DNA of 36,925 nt, taken from Octopus bimaculoides (lineage: Eukaryota). Made by a program: the position numbers and the translations under genes. The stretch lies in contig NC_068988.1 of NCBI RefSeq assembly GCF_001194135.2, positions 22,194,259 through 22,231,183 of the forward strand, written 5' to 3'. The notes beneath the pieces were generated by a model. That model had not been told where the DNA came from. It made no database searches and worked only from the letters and a program-made list of their open reading frames with translations. Below, in pieces: positions 12,001 to 22,671 of the stretch. Positions within the stretch are counted from its first letter, which is position 1. Each line of letters starts with the position of its first letter.

Positions 12001-12884
12001 TCGTATGTCTGTCTGTCTGTATGTATGTATGTATCTAGCTATATATTTATACACATATACATGCATACATACACACGCACACATACATACATGCATACAT
12101 ACACACATACATACATGTGTGGACGACTGTCCATATGTATAGAATGATTTGCGCCATTAACGGGATTTTCTCTGTATAACACCATTTAGAAATGATTTAT
12201 GGTATCTCCAAATTTATTTTACGTGCTCATAGAGACATTCTCATAAACATTTAGACATACACACAGTCTAACATATACACCCATGCGTGCGCGCATTCAA
12301 ACACACACACAAAGATATATATTTATATATATACATACTTGGGCACTCAGAAAACATGGACCTTTCTATACGTGTAGTTAGTTGCATATGCTTTATCTAT
12401 TTATGGCATATCCCACACATACATCCTTCCCAGCAAACTGCCGTCCATTTCACCAACATATACACGTCTAATATTTCCAACATCTCCATAGAGAATGGCA
12501 ATATCGGACAATATAACGGTGAGTAAAAATAAAGATAGATTGATCGACCAACCGACATACCGACAAACAGGACAAAGTGACAGAATAGCAGATTGCAAAA
12601 ATTACTTCAGATGCGATTTCTGTGAAAATATAATTATTTACTGGTTTAATTGGCTATTCAGCGTCATTGGATCATGGCATATTAATCAACGGTAGTAGAA
12701 CCCAATACAATATGATGATCATCAACATATAGAAGTATATATAACTGAATATACTTCCCTCCCATTTATCACCTTTCAATAATTTACTGATTCTATCACA
12801 CTTTCTGGTCACCCTGATTAATGATGTTTCACAGTCATTGAAAAGCCATCGTTCATCTGACACATAATCACACTCATATATAGC

Positions 12885-12990
12885 TACATACATACATTCA
12901 TACATAGATACATACATACATACATACATACATACATACATGCATGCATACATACATACATACATACATACATACATCCATACATACATA
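12885..12990. repeat. (TACA)n microsatellite
   Basis: Read directly. Confidence 0.93.
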
Positions 12991-13344
12991 TTGACACACA
13001 TGTGAACGTACTTACATACGTACGTATATATTAACAAATACGTATAATGAAACATATAAATATACTTGAATGATACACACACACATATACTAGTAAATAA
13101 TTGTGTGTGTGTGTGTATATATATGTATATATATGTGTATATATGTGTATATGTGTGTGGGAGAGAGAGAGTCAGTGAGGGAGAGAGAGGAAAAGAGACA
13201 GAAAGATACAGAGACAGAGAGATGCACACATTCGTAAATATATGTTTGCGTGCATGCGTGTGTATATAAGAATCATATATATATATACGCACATATTCGC
13301 ACACCTATATGTACATACGTCCATATCTATAATCTCTATCTATT

Positions 13345-13350
13345 AATCTG

Positions 13351-13409
<59 letters not shown>

Positions 13410-13410
13410 A
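13345..13410. repeat. (TATC)n microsatellite
   Basis: Read directly. Confidence 0.95.
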
Positions 13411-14072
13411 TGCATAATATTGGTGTGTATGTATGTATATGTTTGTGTGCGTATGTGTGTATATATCGTTCATACACACCCACGAATACATAAACAATAC
13501 AAAGTATATTTGTTCGTTTATATTCGATGGCCAACTTGTTCTTGCATTTCTGTCGGCCAGTATATTATATTAATGCTACTTCAGAATAGTATCAACATTT
13601 AATATATCACAATACTATATCTGCTATTACAATCACCTTTTATCTCCTTTATTTTCATTTAAAAGTTCAGTATTGCTGCCCTTTGCTCCATTAAGGCATT
13701 TCGATTCCCATTAGGGCCGTGTTTTAGACAGACAGATCGATCCTGCCAGCAGTGTTTATTGCTTGCGGTATTTGCTTCATCAAACCAAGATGAGGTCGGC
13801 TAGGGTCAACGAATGGGCAATTAATTCGTTGATCCACAAATTAAAATGTTAGCAGTCATAGTAGTAATGAAATGCAAATTAGAACGGTTTATATAAACGA
13901 TAAACAGATCTCAAGAAGAATTATAGCTTCAATGAAGAGAGATAAATATATGGCGAAGATATTGTGATCCATTCTGCTGCGTTAGTTTCTCTTATGTGCT
14001 GATGACTGCAAAGATGACGAAATAAATGTTCGGCACACTGCCTTTGACAGTGAGATTATGTTCAAGATTATT

Positions 14073-14225
14073 GGTGGCTGTTTAAGAAGCTCGCTTCGAA
14101 AGCACGTGGTTTCGGTTCAGTTCCACCGCGCTTCACTCTGGGCAGGTGTCTCCTACTGCAGCTCCACACTTATCAATACCTTGGCAGTAAATTTGGTGTA
14201 GGGAAACTGTGTGGGAGAAGGCGAT

Positions 14226-14253
<28 letters not shown>
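14073..14253 (+). mobile_element. Diverged tRNA-headed SINE (family B), 5' half ending in (GT)n
   Basis: AAGAAGCTCGCTTC...GTGGTTTCGGTTCAGTTCCACCGCG...CTGGGCAGGTGTCTCCTACT aligns by eye with the family B copies at 34253 and 15251. Confidence 0.65.
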
Positions 14254-14256
<3 letters not shown>

Positions 14257-14465
14257 TTTCTTTACTACCCACAAGGGGCTACACACAGAGGGGACAAACA
14301 AGGACAGACAAACGGATTAAGTCGATTATATCGACCCCAGTGCGTAACTGGTACTTATTTAATCGACACCGAAAGGATGAAAGGCAAAGTCGACCTCGGC
14401 GGAATTTGAACTCAGAACGTAGCAGCAAACGAAATACCGACTAAGCATTTCGCCCGGCGTGCTAA
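14254..14465 (-). mobile_element. tRNA-derived SINE (family A), head cut by gap
   Basis: The minus strand has B-box-like GAGTTCAAATTCC, then GCCGAGGTCGACTTTGCCTTTCATCCTTTCGGTGTCGATTAAATAAGTACC (recalled as similar to the Meta/MESC-type SINE central domain), and tail ...GTGGGTAGTAAAGAAATAA. It is highly similar to 25768-25996. Confidence 0.9.
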
Positions 14466-14799
14466 NNNNNNNNNNNNNNNNNNNNNNNNNNNNNNNNNNN
14501 NNNNNNNNNNNNNNNNNNNNNNNNNNNNNNNNNNNNNNNNNNNNNNNNNNNNNNNNNNNNNNNNNNNNNNNNNNNNNNNNNNNNNNNNNNNNNNNNNNNN
14601 NNNNNNNNNNNNNNNNNNNNNNNNNNNNNNNNNNNNNNNNNNNNNNNNNNNNNNNNNNNNNNNNNNNNNNNNNNNNNNNNNNNNNNNNNNNNNNNNNNNN
14701 NNNNNNNNNNNNNNNNNNNNNNNNNNNNNNNNNNNNNNNNNNNNNNNNNNNNNNNNNNNNNNNNNNNNNNNNNNNNNNNNNNNNNNNNNNNNNNNNNNN

Positions 14800-14846
<47 letters not shown>

Positions 14847-14854
14847 TACACAGT

Positions 14855-15251
14855 TCTTTTACTGTTTTATTCTGTTACTTGTTTCAGTCATTTGACAGCG
14901 GCGATGATGGAGCACCGCCTTTAGTCGAACAAATCGGCCTCAGAACTTATTCTTTGTAAGCCTAGTACTTATTCTATCCTTGTCTTTTGCCGAACCGCTA
15001 CGCTACGCGGACGTTTACACACCAACGTCAGTAGTCAAGCGATGATGAGGGGACAAACACAAATACACACACACATACACATACATATACGACAGGCTTC
15101 TTTCAGTTTCCGTCTGCCAATTCACTCACAAGTCTTTGGTTGGCTCGAGGCTTTATTAGAAGACACTTGCCCAAGTGTCACACCGTGGGACTGAACCTGG
15201 GAACGTGTGGCTGGTAAGCAAGCTACTAACCACACCACCACTCCTGCGCCT
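14855..15251 (-). mobile_element. tRNA-headed SINE (family B), near full length, with internal (GT)n
   Basis: Minus strand starts AGGCGCAGGAGTGGTGGTGTGGTTAG, has B-box-like GGTTCAGTCCC, then CTTGGGCAAGTGTCTTCT (similar to the start of the CORE-SINE domain), and ends ...AATGACTGAAACAAGTAACAGAATAAAA. Homologous to 34253-34610. Confidence 0.88.
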
Positions 15252-15435
15252 ATACGCGTGTATATTTTTTTAATACTTTTCTCGCTCCATTGTGTGTTCG
15301 TTTCGTTTTTGGAACTGTTATTTTATTATGGGTCTTCTATATAAATAATGCTACATCTCTGACTTTGTTGGTCTTCTTTGCGCGAAATCAGAAGATATAT
15401 TCCGGAACTGTTATTTTAACGAGTTGTATCTATTT

Positions 15436-15541
15436 ACCACCCGAAGAGACATACCTGCACTGTCGGATACTCCTGAAGAAGCTGTTAATCACTCCACCCA
15501 TGAGGGGTCGATGATAGATGCGTCGAAACAATTGTAGTGAT
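15436..15541 (+). ncRNA. Type I hammerhead-ribozyme fold, copy 1 (U4C core, long stem II)
   Basis: Stem I ACCAC 15436-40 / GTGAT 15537-41 (4 of 5 paired); core CCGAAGA 15441-47; stem II GACATACCT / AGATGCGTC with 59-nt insert; GAAAC 15525-29; loop AATT; GUA 15534-36; AATAAA at 15543. A homologous copy lies at 24220-24324. Confidence 0.6.
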
Positions 15542-15604
15542 TAATAAAAATTTTACCATATATATATGTGTTGTGCGTGTGTGTATATATATATATATAT
15601 ATAT

Positions 15605-15800
15605 TTATATATTGGGAGAATTCACTAAAAAAACAAAAGACGAAGACTGGTAGTGTAGACAACAAACAGATATATTAGTATAACGCCGCCGCTCGGGAAG
15701 TGAAAAAGTCTTTGATGTTTCGAGCCTACGCTCGTCCACAGAAAGCAACAGAGAAAGAAATAAGGAGAGAAACAAGGAGAGAAAAAAAGGAGAGAAAATA
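15605..15800 (-). mobile_element. Repeat next to (AT)n carrying a minimal hammerhead-like motif (possible Penelope-like pLTR derivative)
   Basis: Minus strand 15745-15710: CTTT-CTGTGGAC-GAGC-GTAG-GCTC-GAAAC-ATC-AAAG. Stems I and II pair perfectly but the core deviates from CUGANGA. The element assignment is inferred. Confidence 0.45.
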
Positions 15801-16038
15801 CATATACGTATATCTATAAGTGTGTGTATNNNNNNNNNNNNNNNNNNNNNNNNNNNNNNNNNNNNNNNNNNNNNNNNNNNNNNNNNNNNNNNNNNNNNNN
15901 NNNNNNNNNNNNNNNNNNNNNNNNNNNNNNNNNNNNNNNNNNNNNNNNNNNNNNNNNNNNNNNNNNNNNNNNNNNNNNNNNNNNNNNNNNNNNNNNNNNN
16001 NNNNNNNNNNNNNNNNNNNNNNNNNNNNNNNNNNNNNN

Positions 16039-16072
<34 letters not shown>

Positions 16073-16935
16073 TGTTTGAGTGTGTGTGTGTGTGTGTACA
16101 TATAAGTATATATATAGAAGTGTATACATATACACTTACATACCTACAAACACATATCCTGTATGTTGAGGATTTTGGTTGCTAATCTGGTCTCCCGAAG
16201 AAAGACAATATATTAAATCATTAGCCGCTCCTTCAATAAAATATTGACGTATAAACAAACAGTACATCATATATTGACTACTGTGGTGTTTTTTATTGGT
16301 CTACTAAAATCATGATTCAGACAATGCGACATCTAATTACATTGTTACGACCAGATATGAACTAAGAGTAAATAGTAGCACTTGGCGACGACTGTTCCGA
16401 CATGTAATATCTAAATGTTAATCCCGTATTTAATTGTAGCATTTCGCTTAACAGCTCAAGTCTAAGTAATATCTAAGTCTCGTTCTAAGAGTGTAAGCTA
16501 TAAACAAAATCATTTATGTCATCTGTCAAATAAAAAGATTCTTGAGTGTATACTTCTTGTAAAACTTATATGCAATTCTTCAAATATATATGTCACGTAA
16601 AATTTATATACACTTCTCCAAGCTGATTTAGTTGTTTAACCCAACGCCTGCACTGACACTAGATCATGGTTCAAAGATTTACATTGAAGCAATATACATA
16701 ATGTAAAGTTAGGTATAAATGTCTAAGAAAAGTATCGGTTATTTATGTGAGATTTGGCTGTTTTTCATATGAAATTGAATCACGTCAAAGAGAGTCACAT
16801 GTCAGCTCAACGTTATACTGAGTGTATACCCTATACATAAGTATTCGTAAGGTATTTCGTTTTATTACAAACCAATGATTATATAGTATACACGAGAGAC
16901 AAGAAATTTCTCACAGCGTGTTTCCCTTAAAATAG

Positions 16936-16937
<2 letters not shown>

Positions 16938-16966
<29 letters not shown>

Positions 16967-17730
16967 TGTATATATGTATGTATGTATGTATGAGTGTATT
17001 ATGTGTGTATGTATGTATGTACGTATGCCTGTATGTATGTATGTACGTATGTATGAATGTATGTATGTATGTATGTATGAAGGTATGTATGTGTGAATGT
17101 ATGTATGTATGTATGTACGTACGTACGTATGTATGTATGTATGTATGTATGTATGTATGAATGTATGTATGTATGTATGANNNNNNNNNNNNNNNNNNNN
17201 NNNNNNNNNNNNNNNNNNNNNNNNNNNNNNNNNNNNNNNNNNNNNNNNNNNNNNNNNNNNNNNNNNNNNNNNNNNNNNNNNNNNNNNNNNNNNNNNNNNN
17301 NNNNNNNNNNNNNNNNNNNNNNNNNNNNNNNNNNNNNNNNNNNNNNNNNNNNNNNNNNNNNNNNNNNNNNNNNNNNNNNNNNNNNNNNNNNNNNNNNNNN
17401 NNNNNNNNNNNNNNNNNNNNNNNNNNNNGTATGTATGTATGTACGTACGTACGTATGTATGTATGTATGTATGTATGTACCTATACCTGTATGTATGTAT
17501 GTATGTATGTATGAATGTATGTATGTATGTATGTACGTATGTATGAATGTATGTATGAATGTATGTATGTATGTATGTATGCATGTATGTATGTATGTAT
17601 GTACGTATGTATGAATGGATGTATGCATGCATGCATGTATGAATGTATGTATGTATGTATGCATGTAGGTATGCCTGTATGTAAGTATGTATGTATGTAT
17701 GTATGTATGTACGTGTGCCTGTATGTATGT
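16938..17730. repeat. Very long imperfect (TATG)n array spanning a gap
   Basis: Read directly; source of the HTYI and MYVC ORFs. Confidence 0.97.
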
Positions 17731-17734
17731 GTGT

Positions 17735-17978
17735 GTCATTATTCAGTTTCATTTCAAGATTTCACCTGTTTTGTGCTATGAGACTACTTTTATGAGTAGG
17801 AGCTCTATTTTCATCGATTCCTCAGCTGCTGTTTTCCAATACCCATTGATCATACATACGTTGTCGGTATCCCCTAAGATGAACACGATTTTCATCTACG
17901 GAGTTCCTCGTGTAGTAATACTCCATGACCACAGCATTTATTTGTTTGTTCCATTTACACCGTATGTGCTGGTCCCTT
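17735..17978 (-). mobile_element. R4/Dong-like ORF N-terminal fragment fused to the (TACA)n-linked 3' tail
   Basis: Minus strand 17962-17843: RCKWNKQINAVVMEYYYTRNSVDENRVHLRGYRQRMYDQW, matching the R4/Dong 'KW...N..VM..YY...RGYR.RM...W' motif. 17762-17735 reads AAATCTTGAAATGAAACTGAATAATGAC, matching the tail at 11066-11093. Confidence 0.72.
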
Positions 17979-17982
17979 ACAA

Positions 17983-18410
17983 AAAAACATCACAGAAACA
18001 AATAATTTGATTAAGGCAGCACGTATTCCTGTAGCAGACAATGTGAGTGTTGATGTGAAGAAAAAAGAAATATAAAGGGAGTGACAAAAGAAAAGATCCA
18101 TACTGGAAAAGAAGAATACAGGTAGTCTTAGATATATTCTCGAAGGACATTTCTGTGTTAGACCGAAAAGAGAAGTGGGAGCTTAAAAGCGAATCCTGGA
18201 CACTGAACAGGAAGTATGATATTGAAAGAAAGGGCCTGAAAGTAGTCATGGGGGAGCTGAAGCAGCACCTCGTTGCAAAGAAATCGAAGAGGGTAAGATA
18301 CGACCAAAAAATGAAGAGATACCAGCAGAATAGGTTATTCAGAGTAGATTAGAAGAGATTCTACAAAGAAATAAATGGAGGGTGTACAGATGAAAAGTTG
18401 ATACCAGATA
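17983..18410 (+). mobile_element. R4/Dong-like ORF fragment (region upstream of RT)
   Basis: Frame +1 NITETNNLIKAARIPVADNVSV, a frameshift in the 18061-18070 A-run, then frame +2 KRKDPYWKRRIQ...KDISVL...RKYDIERKGLKVVMGELKQHLVAKKSKRVRYDQKMKRYQQNRLFRVD*KRFYKEINGG...PD. This matches the 'PWWKRR...ELKQ...RY...QNRLF..NQK.FY' R4/Dong motif. Confidence 0.85.
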
Positions 18411-19575
18411 ACACACACATATANNNNNNNNNNNNNNNNNNNNNNNNNNNNNNNNNNNNNNNNNNNNNNNNNNNNNNNNNNNNNNNNNNNNNNNNNNNNN
18501 NNNNNNNNNNNNNNNNNNNNNNNNNNNNNNNNNNNNNNNNNNNNNNNNNNNNNNNNNNNNNNNNNNNNNNNNNNNNNNNNNNNNNNNNNNNNNNNNNNNN
18601 NNNNNNNNNNNNNNNNNNNNNNNNNNNNNNNNNNNNNNNNNNNNNNNNNNNNNNNNNNNNNNNNNNNNNNNNNNNNNNNNNNNNNNNNNNNNNNNNNNNN
18701 NNNNNNNNNNNNNNNNNNNATATATATATATATATATATATATATACACGCGCATACGCACATATGTGTCAATCTGTGAGTTCGTTTATATTTAAATGAA
18801 ATCCGTCCCACCTTAGATCAAATAGCTGACTCCTTTACTCCAACAGTAATATTTATAAAATGATAGCTCTGCACCACTTATGAAAGCTTGTTGTTGTGTT
18901 CCGTTTAATACAGCAGCGTAAGATGATATTACAATGCTTTACTTCAGAAACTACACCATATGCTTATACATCGCATAGTTAATGTTTTGCTGTAAACGAT
19001 ATATTTGTATTGTGTTCATTATAAACTAAATTATGTGTTGACATATGGTACAGCTTAAGTGACTCTTATTTAAATGCAGAACAAAAATGTTATTTGTTGA
19101 AATTAGTATCTCACTGAACCGTCTGAAGAACAAGCATGCTAGACAACATAAAACATCTGCCGCTTCCATAATTCTTGTGCATCTTGCATTATAATTAATT
19201 TATTGCGAAAGAAGAGGGGAGGGGTGAAGTTACTAGTATTCATTATATGGTTGTATATGCGCATATAAGCGAATGTATGTATATAGGAATATATATATAT
19301 ATCCATATGTTCATGCATATATCACATATATAGATATATATGTATGATGTATATATATATATATATATATATTCATATATGTATAATAATCTATGTATAT
19401 ATGTTATGTATATACATAAATATCTATTTATATAAATGCACACGCACATGCACCTACACATGCATACATGTATATATAAATGTGTACGTAGACATATATG
19501 CATATATATGTCTATATACATATAATTTATACATATATATGTGTATATATATGTATATATAGATATATATGTGCG

Positions 19576-19627
<52 letters not shown>

Positions 19628-20876
19628 TATAGATATACATATAAATATAAATACACATACACGCACACACTTCAATCTATCTGTCTATATTCTGNNNNNN
19701 NNNNNNNNNNNNNNNNNNNNNNNNNNNNNNNNNNNNNNNNNNNNNNNNNNNNNNNNNNNNNNNNNNNNNNNNNNNNNNNNNNNNNNNNNNNNNNNNNNNN
19801 NNNNNNNNNNNNNNNNNNNNNNNNNNNNNNNNNNNNNNNNNNNNNNNNNNNNNNNNNNNNNNNNNNNNNNNNNNNNNNNNNNNNNNNNNNNNNNNNNNNN
19901 NNNNNNNNNNNNNNNNNNNNNNNNNNNNNNNNNNNNNNNNNNNNNNNNNNNNNNNNNNNNNNNNNNNNNNNNNNNNNNNNNNNNNNNNNNNNNNNNNNNN
20001 NNNNNNNNNNNNNNNNNNNNNNNNNNNNNNNNNNNNNNNNNNNNNNNNNNNNNNNNNNNNNNNNNNNNNNNNNNNNNNNNNNNNNNNNNNNNNNNNNNNN
20101 NNNNNNNNNNNNNNNNNNNNNNNNNNNNNNNNNNNNNNNNNNNNNNNNNNNNNNNNNNNNNNNNNNNNNNNNNNNNNNNNNNNNNNNNNNNNNNNNNNNN
20201 NNNNNNNNNNNNNNNNNNNNNNNNNNNNNNNNNNNNNNNNNNNNNNNNNNNNNNNNNNNNNNNNNNNNNNNNNNNNNNNNNNNNNNNNNNNNNNNNNNNN
20301 NNNNNNNNNNNNNNNNNNNNNNNNNNNNNNNNNNNNNNNNNNNNNNNNNNNNNNNNNNNNNNNNNNNNNNNNNNNNNNNNNNNNNNNNNNNNNNNNNNNN
20401 NNNNNNNNNNNNNNNNNNNNNNNNNNNNNNNNNNNNNNNNNNNNNNNNNNNNNNNNNNNNNNNNNNNNNNNNNNNNNNNNNNNNNNNNNNNNNNNNNNNN
20501 NNNNNNNNNNNNNNNNNNNNNNNNNNNNNNNNNNNNNNNNNNNNNNNNNNNNNNNNNNNNNNNNNNNNNNNNNNNNNNNNNNNNNNNNNNNNNNNNNNNN
20601 NNNNNNNNNNNNNNNNNNNNNNNNNNNNNNNNNNNNNNNNNNNNNNNNNNNNNNNNNNNNNNNNNNNTATATATATATATATATGCGAAATGGAAAAATA
20701 ACTTAATAGTAACAACACCGACGTGTGTAGTTCGATGCATAACATTTGAAAAACAATCTCGCATAGCATATAAACTTACACATATATATGCACACGCACT
20801 CATGTGTGTATGTGTGAGTTACTATGATACTGAGTGTTAGTTTCAATTCACACCAACGCACGCACACATACACATA

Positions 20877-21150
20877 TACACGGTGCAATGAGTAAATTGT
20901 TATCATTCTACATTTTTAATTTCGCGTTTGTACATTGTTTGTTTTTGATTTTGTTGAGTACACAGTACAGCAGGGTTAGTTGGGTAACGTCTGTGAGAAA
21001 AATAGCACCATGAAGTCATTCGTTCTGCCAGAAATTTGGAAACGACATGCTTTACTCCTTGGCATTCGCGCCGGAAGCTTCAGTACGAACATAATGTGAA
21101 TGCCCAGAACAACCGTTGGCTTGCCGTGTCCCCAAAATATGTACTGAAAC
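20877..21150 (+). mobile_element. Tc1/mariner (maT-like) transposon, 5' part with internal deletion
   Basis: ATG at 21010: MKSFVLPEIWKRHALLLGIRAGS, then after a deletion near 21080, EHNVNAQNNRWLAVSPKYVLK ('VN.QN.RWL' motif following the first catalytic D). Tentative 5' TIR TACACGGTG...TAAATTG at 20877. Confidence 0.65.
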
Positions 21151-21409
21151 AATGTAAGAGATAAGAGATTGCTCTGGGCTCAGATTAGGCAACAAAGTGG
21201 AATTTTTGGGGGCTGTGACACTGTATGTGGCTTGGATTTGTATTTGATGACTGTTGCTTTAAGTATTTTATTTAGATTTTCACTGACGTAGTGGTAAGAA
21301 CAGGGTACGTAACAGTAGTTTCGAATAATAATAAAAATGGTAGTTTTAATCATCCCATAGACAGGCAAACATTATAAAAGTAGCGGTTTTCACTTTAAAA
21401 CTAGCAATT

Positions 21410-21490
21410 TTGAAAATTTCAGCGCGATCGGATGACCAATACTCGAGTTATAAGCGCACAGACAGACAGAACGGGATTTATATATTATTA
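21410..21490 (+). mobile_element. Possible Helitron/HINE-like non-autonomous element end
   Basis: AAATTTCAGCGCGATCGGATGACCAATACTCGAGTTATAAGCGCACAGACAGACAGA...TTTATATA resembles the recalled 'AAATTTCA..GATCGG...GAGTTATA..(ACAG)n..TTTATAT' motif of such elements. Pattern recall only. Confidence 0.35.
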
Positions 21491-21561
21491 TATAATATAT
21501 GTATGCATCTATGTATGTAAGTATGTATGTATGTATGTATGTATGTATGTATGTATGTATG

Positions 21562-21601
<40 letters not shown>

Positions 21602-22180
21602 NNNNNNNNNNNNNNNNNNNNNNNNNNNNNNNNNNNNNNNNNNNNNNNNNNNNNNNNNNNNNNNNNNNNNNNNNNNNNNNNNNNNNNNNNNNNNNNNNNN
21701 NNNNNNNNNNNNNNNNNNNNNNNNNNNNNNNNNNNGTACGGTGTGAATGCAAACGTCAAATTGAAGGGCAGGCGAAATTGCCGAGTGCGATCCACATTAT
21801 ATCAAATGAAACTTCGTGTTGCCTAAATCGTGCACGATATAGTCTGCCCTCGTCCAATGACTTCTGTTATTTCTTTTTTTATTTAATCTTTGTCAACGAA
21901 GAAACGTAGAAATTAGAAAATAATTCCGATTTTACGAATTCAAAATCAAAAATCAATATGAATTTTGCACAGGGCCTCTGAATAAACAGAAGACAGTATA
22001 ATCGATTGACTCTGTGCAGAAAATATGACTGATATCTATTTTATCGTGCTTCACACCACCCGTCACTGTTGAGTATATAGGTAGACGGAATATAGAATAT
22101 CCACAACATTTGATACAACTCACACTGTCAATATTATGTTATTGTACACACCTAGAAGAACGTGCTTCTTTTTTACTCAC

Positions 22181-22224
22181 CAAAATGAATAGAACTTCGG
22201 CTAGGAGGAATTTTGATGTCATAT
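22181..22224 (-). CDS. Candidate exon encoding a signal-peptide-like N-terminus MTSKFLLAEVLFIL
   Basis: Acceptor ...aaattttgcag| and donor TTG|gtgagt; ATG at 22222; 14 mostly hydrophobic codons ending in phase 0. No homology is recognised. Confidence 0.4.
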
Positions 22225-22474
22225 CTGCAAAATTTGATACGACGCACGGGATTAATATTAATATAGTTTTTAAAATATTAAAAATAAGCGTATATATATG
22301 GAGTAAATAAACAACAATCAAAAGAATAACATAAAGAAGGACAACAGCTGCATGAACGGTGGTGATGCTCACAATGACTGTAAGATGGAGGGAGTAAGGG
22401 GGTTACACTAAAATCTCTTTGCAATATTGGTAAATTGAGACTATGTAAGTGAAAACTCGAGTGATTTCGCTTAC

Positions 22475-22513
22475 GAGATTTCACACTAAAGAGTAAAATG
22501 TTTCTCTTTAAAA
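22475..22513 (-). other. Candidate 39-nt exon (5' UTR or phase 1-1) upstream of the ATG exon
   Basis: Very strong acceptor gtttttcttttcttttttcag| and donor |gtaagc; a 250-nt intron to the 22224 acceptor; the only open frame splices in frame with MTSKFLL. Confidence 0.4.
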
Positions 22514-22624
22514 CTGAAAAAAGAAAAGAAAAACAAAACTTAAGAAAAAATTCCTCAAATGCAAAATACGAATACACACGCTCAGAGACTGCATATAAGA
22601 AGCACTGAAACACACACACACACA

Positions 22625-22671
<47 letters not shown>

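Noticed and set aside
12434-12518. Plus-strand 85-nt exon candidate (QTAVHFTNIYTSNISNISIENGNIGQYN) with GTGAGT donor
   Set aside because: Splice signals are plausible, but there is no partner exon or recognisable homology, and the RHIM-like resemblance is too weak.
15473-15529. Alternative hammerhead core using CTGAAGA at 15473-15479
   Set aside because: Stems I and II pair poorly and this core is absent from copy 2; the CCGAAGA register at 15441 is supported by both copies.
16865-17781. HTYI/MYVC repeat 'proteins'
   Set aside because: They are translations of (TATG)n; the same applies to the HT, VC, IY and LS repeat ORFs throughout the window.
19541-20840. Long 365-423 aa ORFs (and similar ones at 3459, 8174, 14359, 25738, 29771, 32026, 35551)
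   Set aside because: They are open only because they run through N-gaps.
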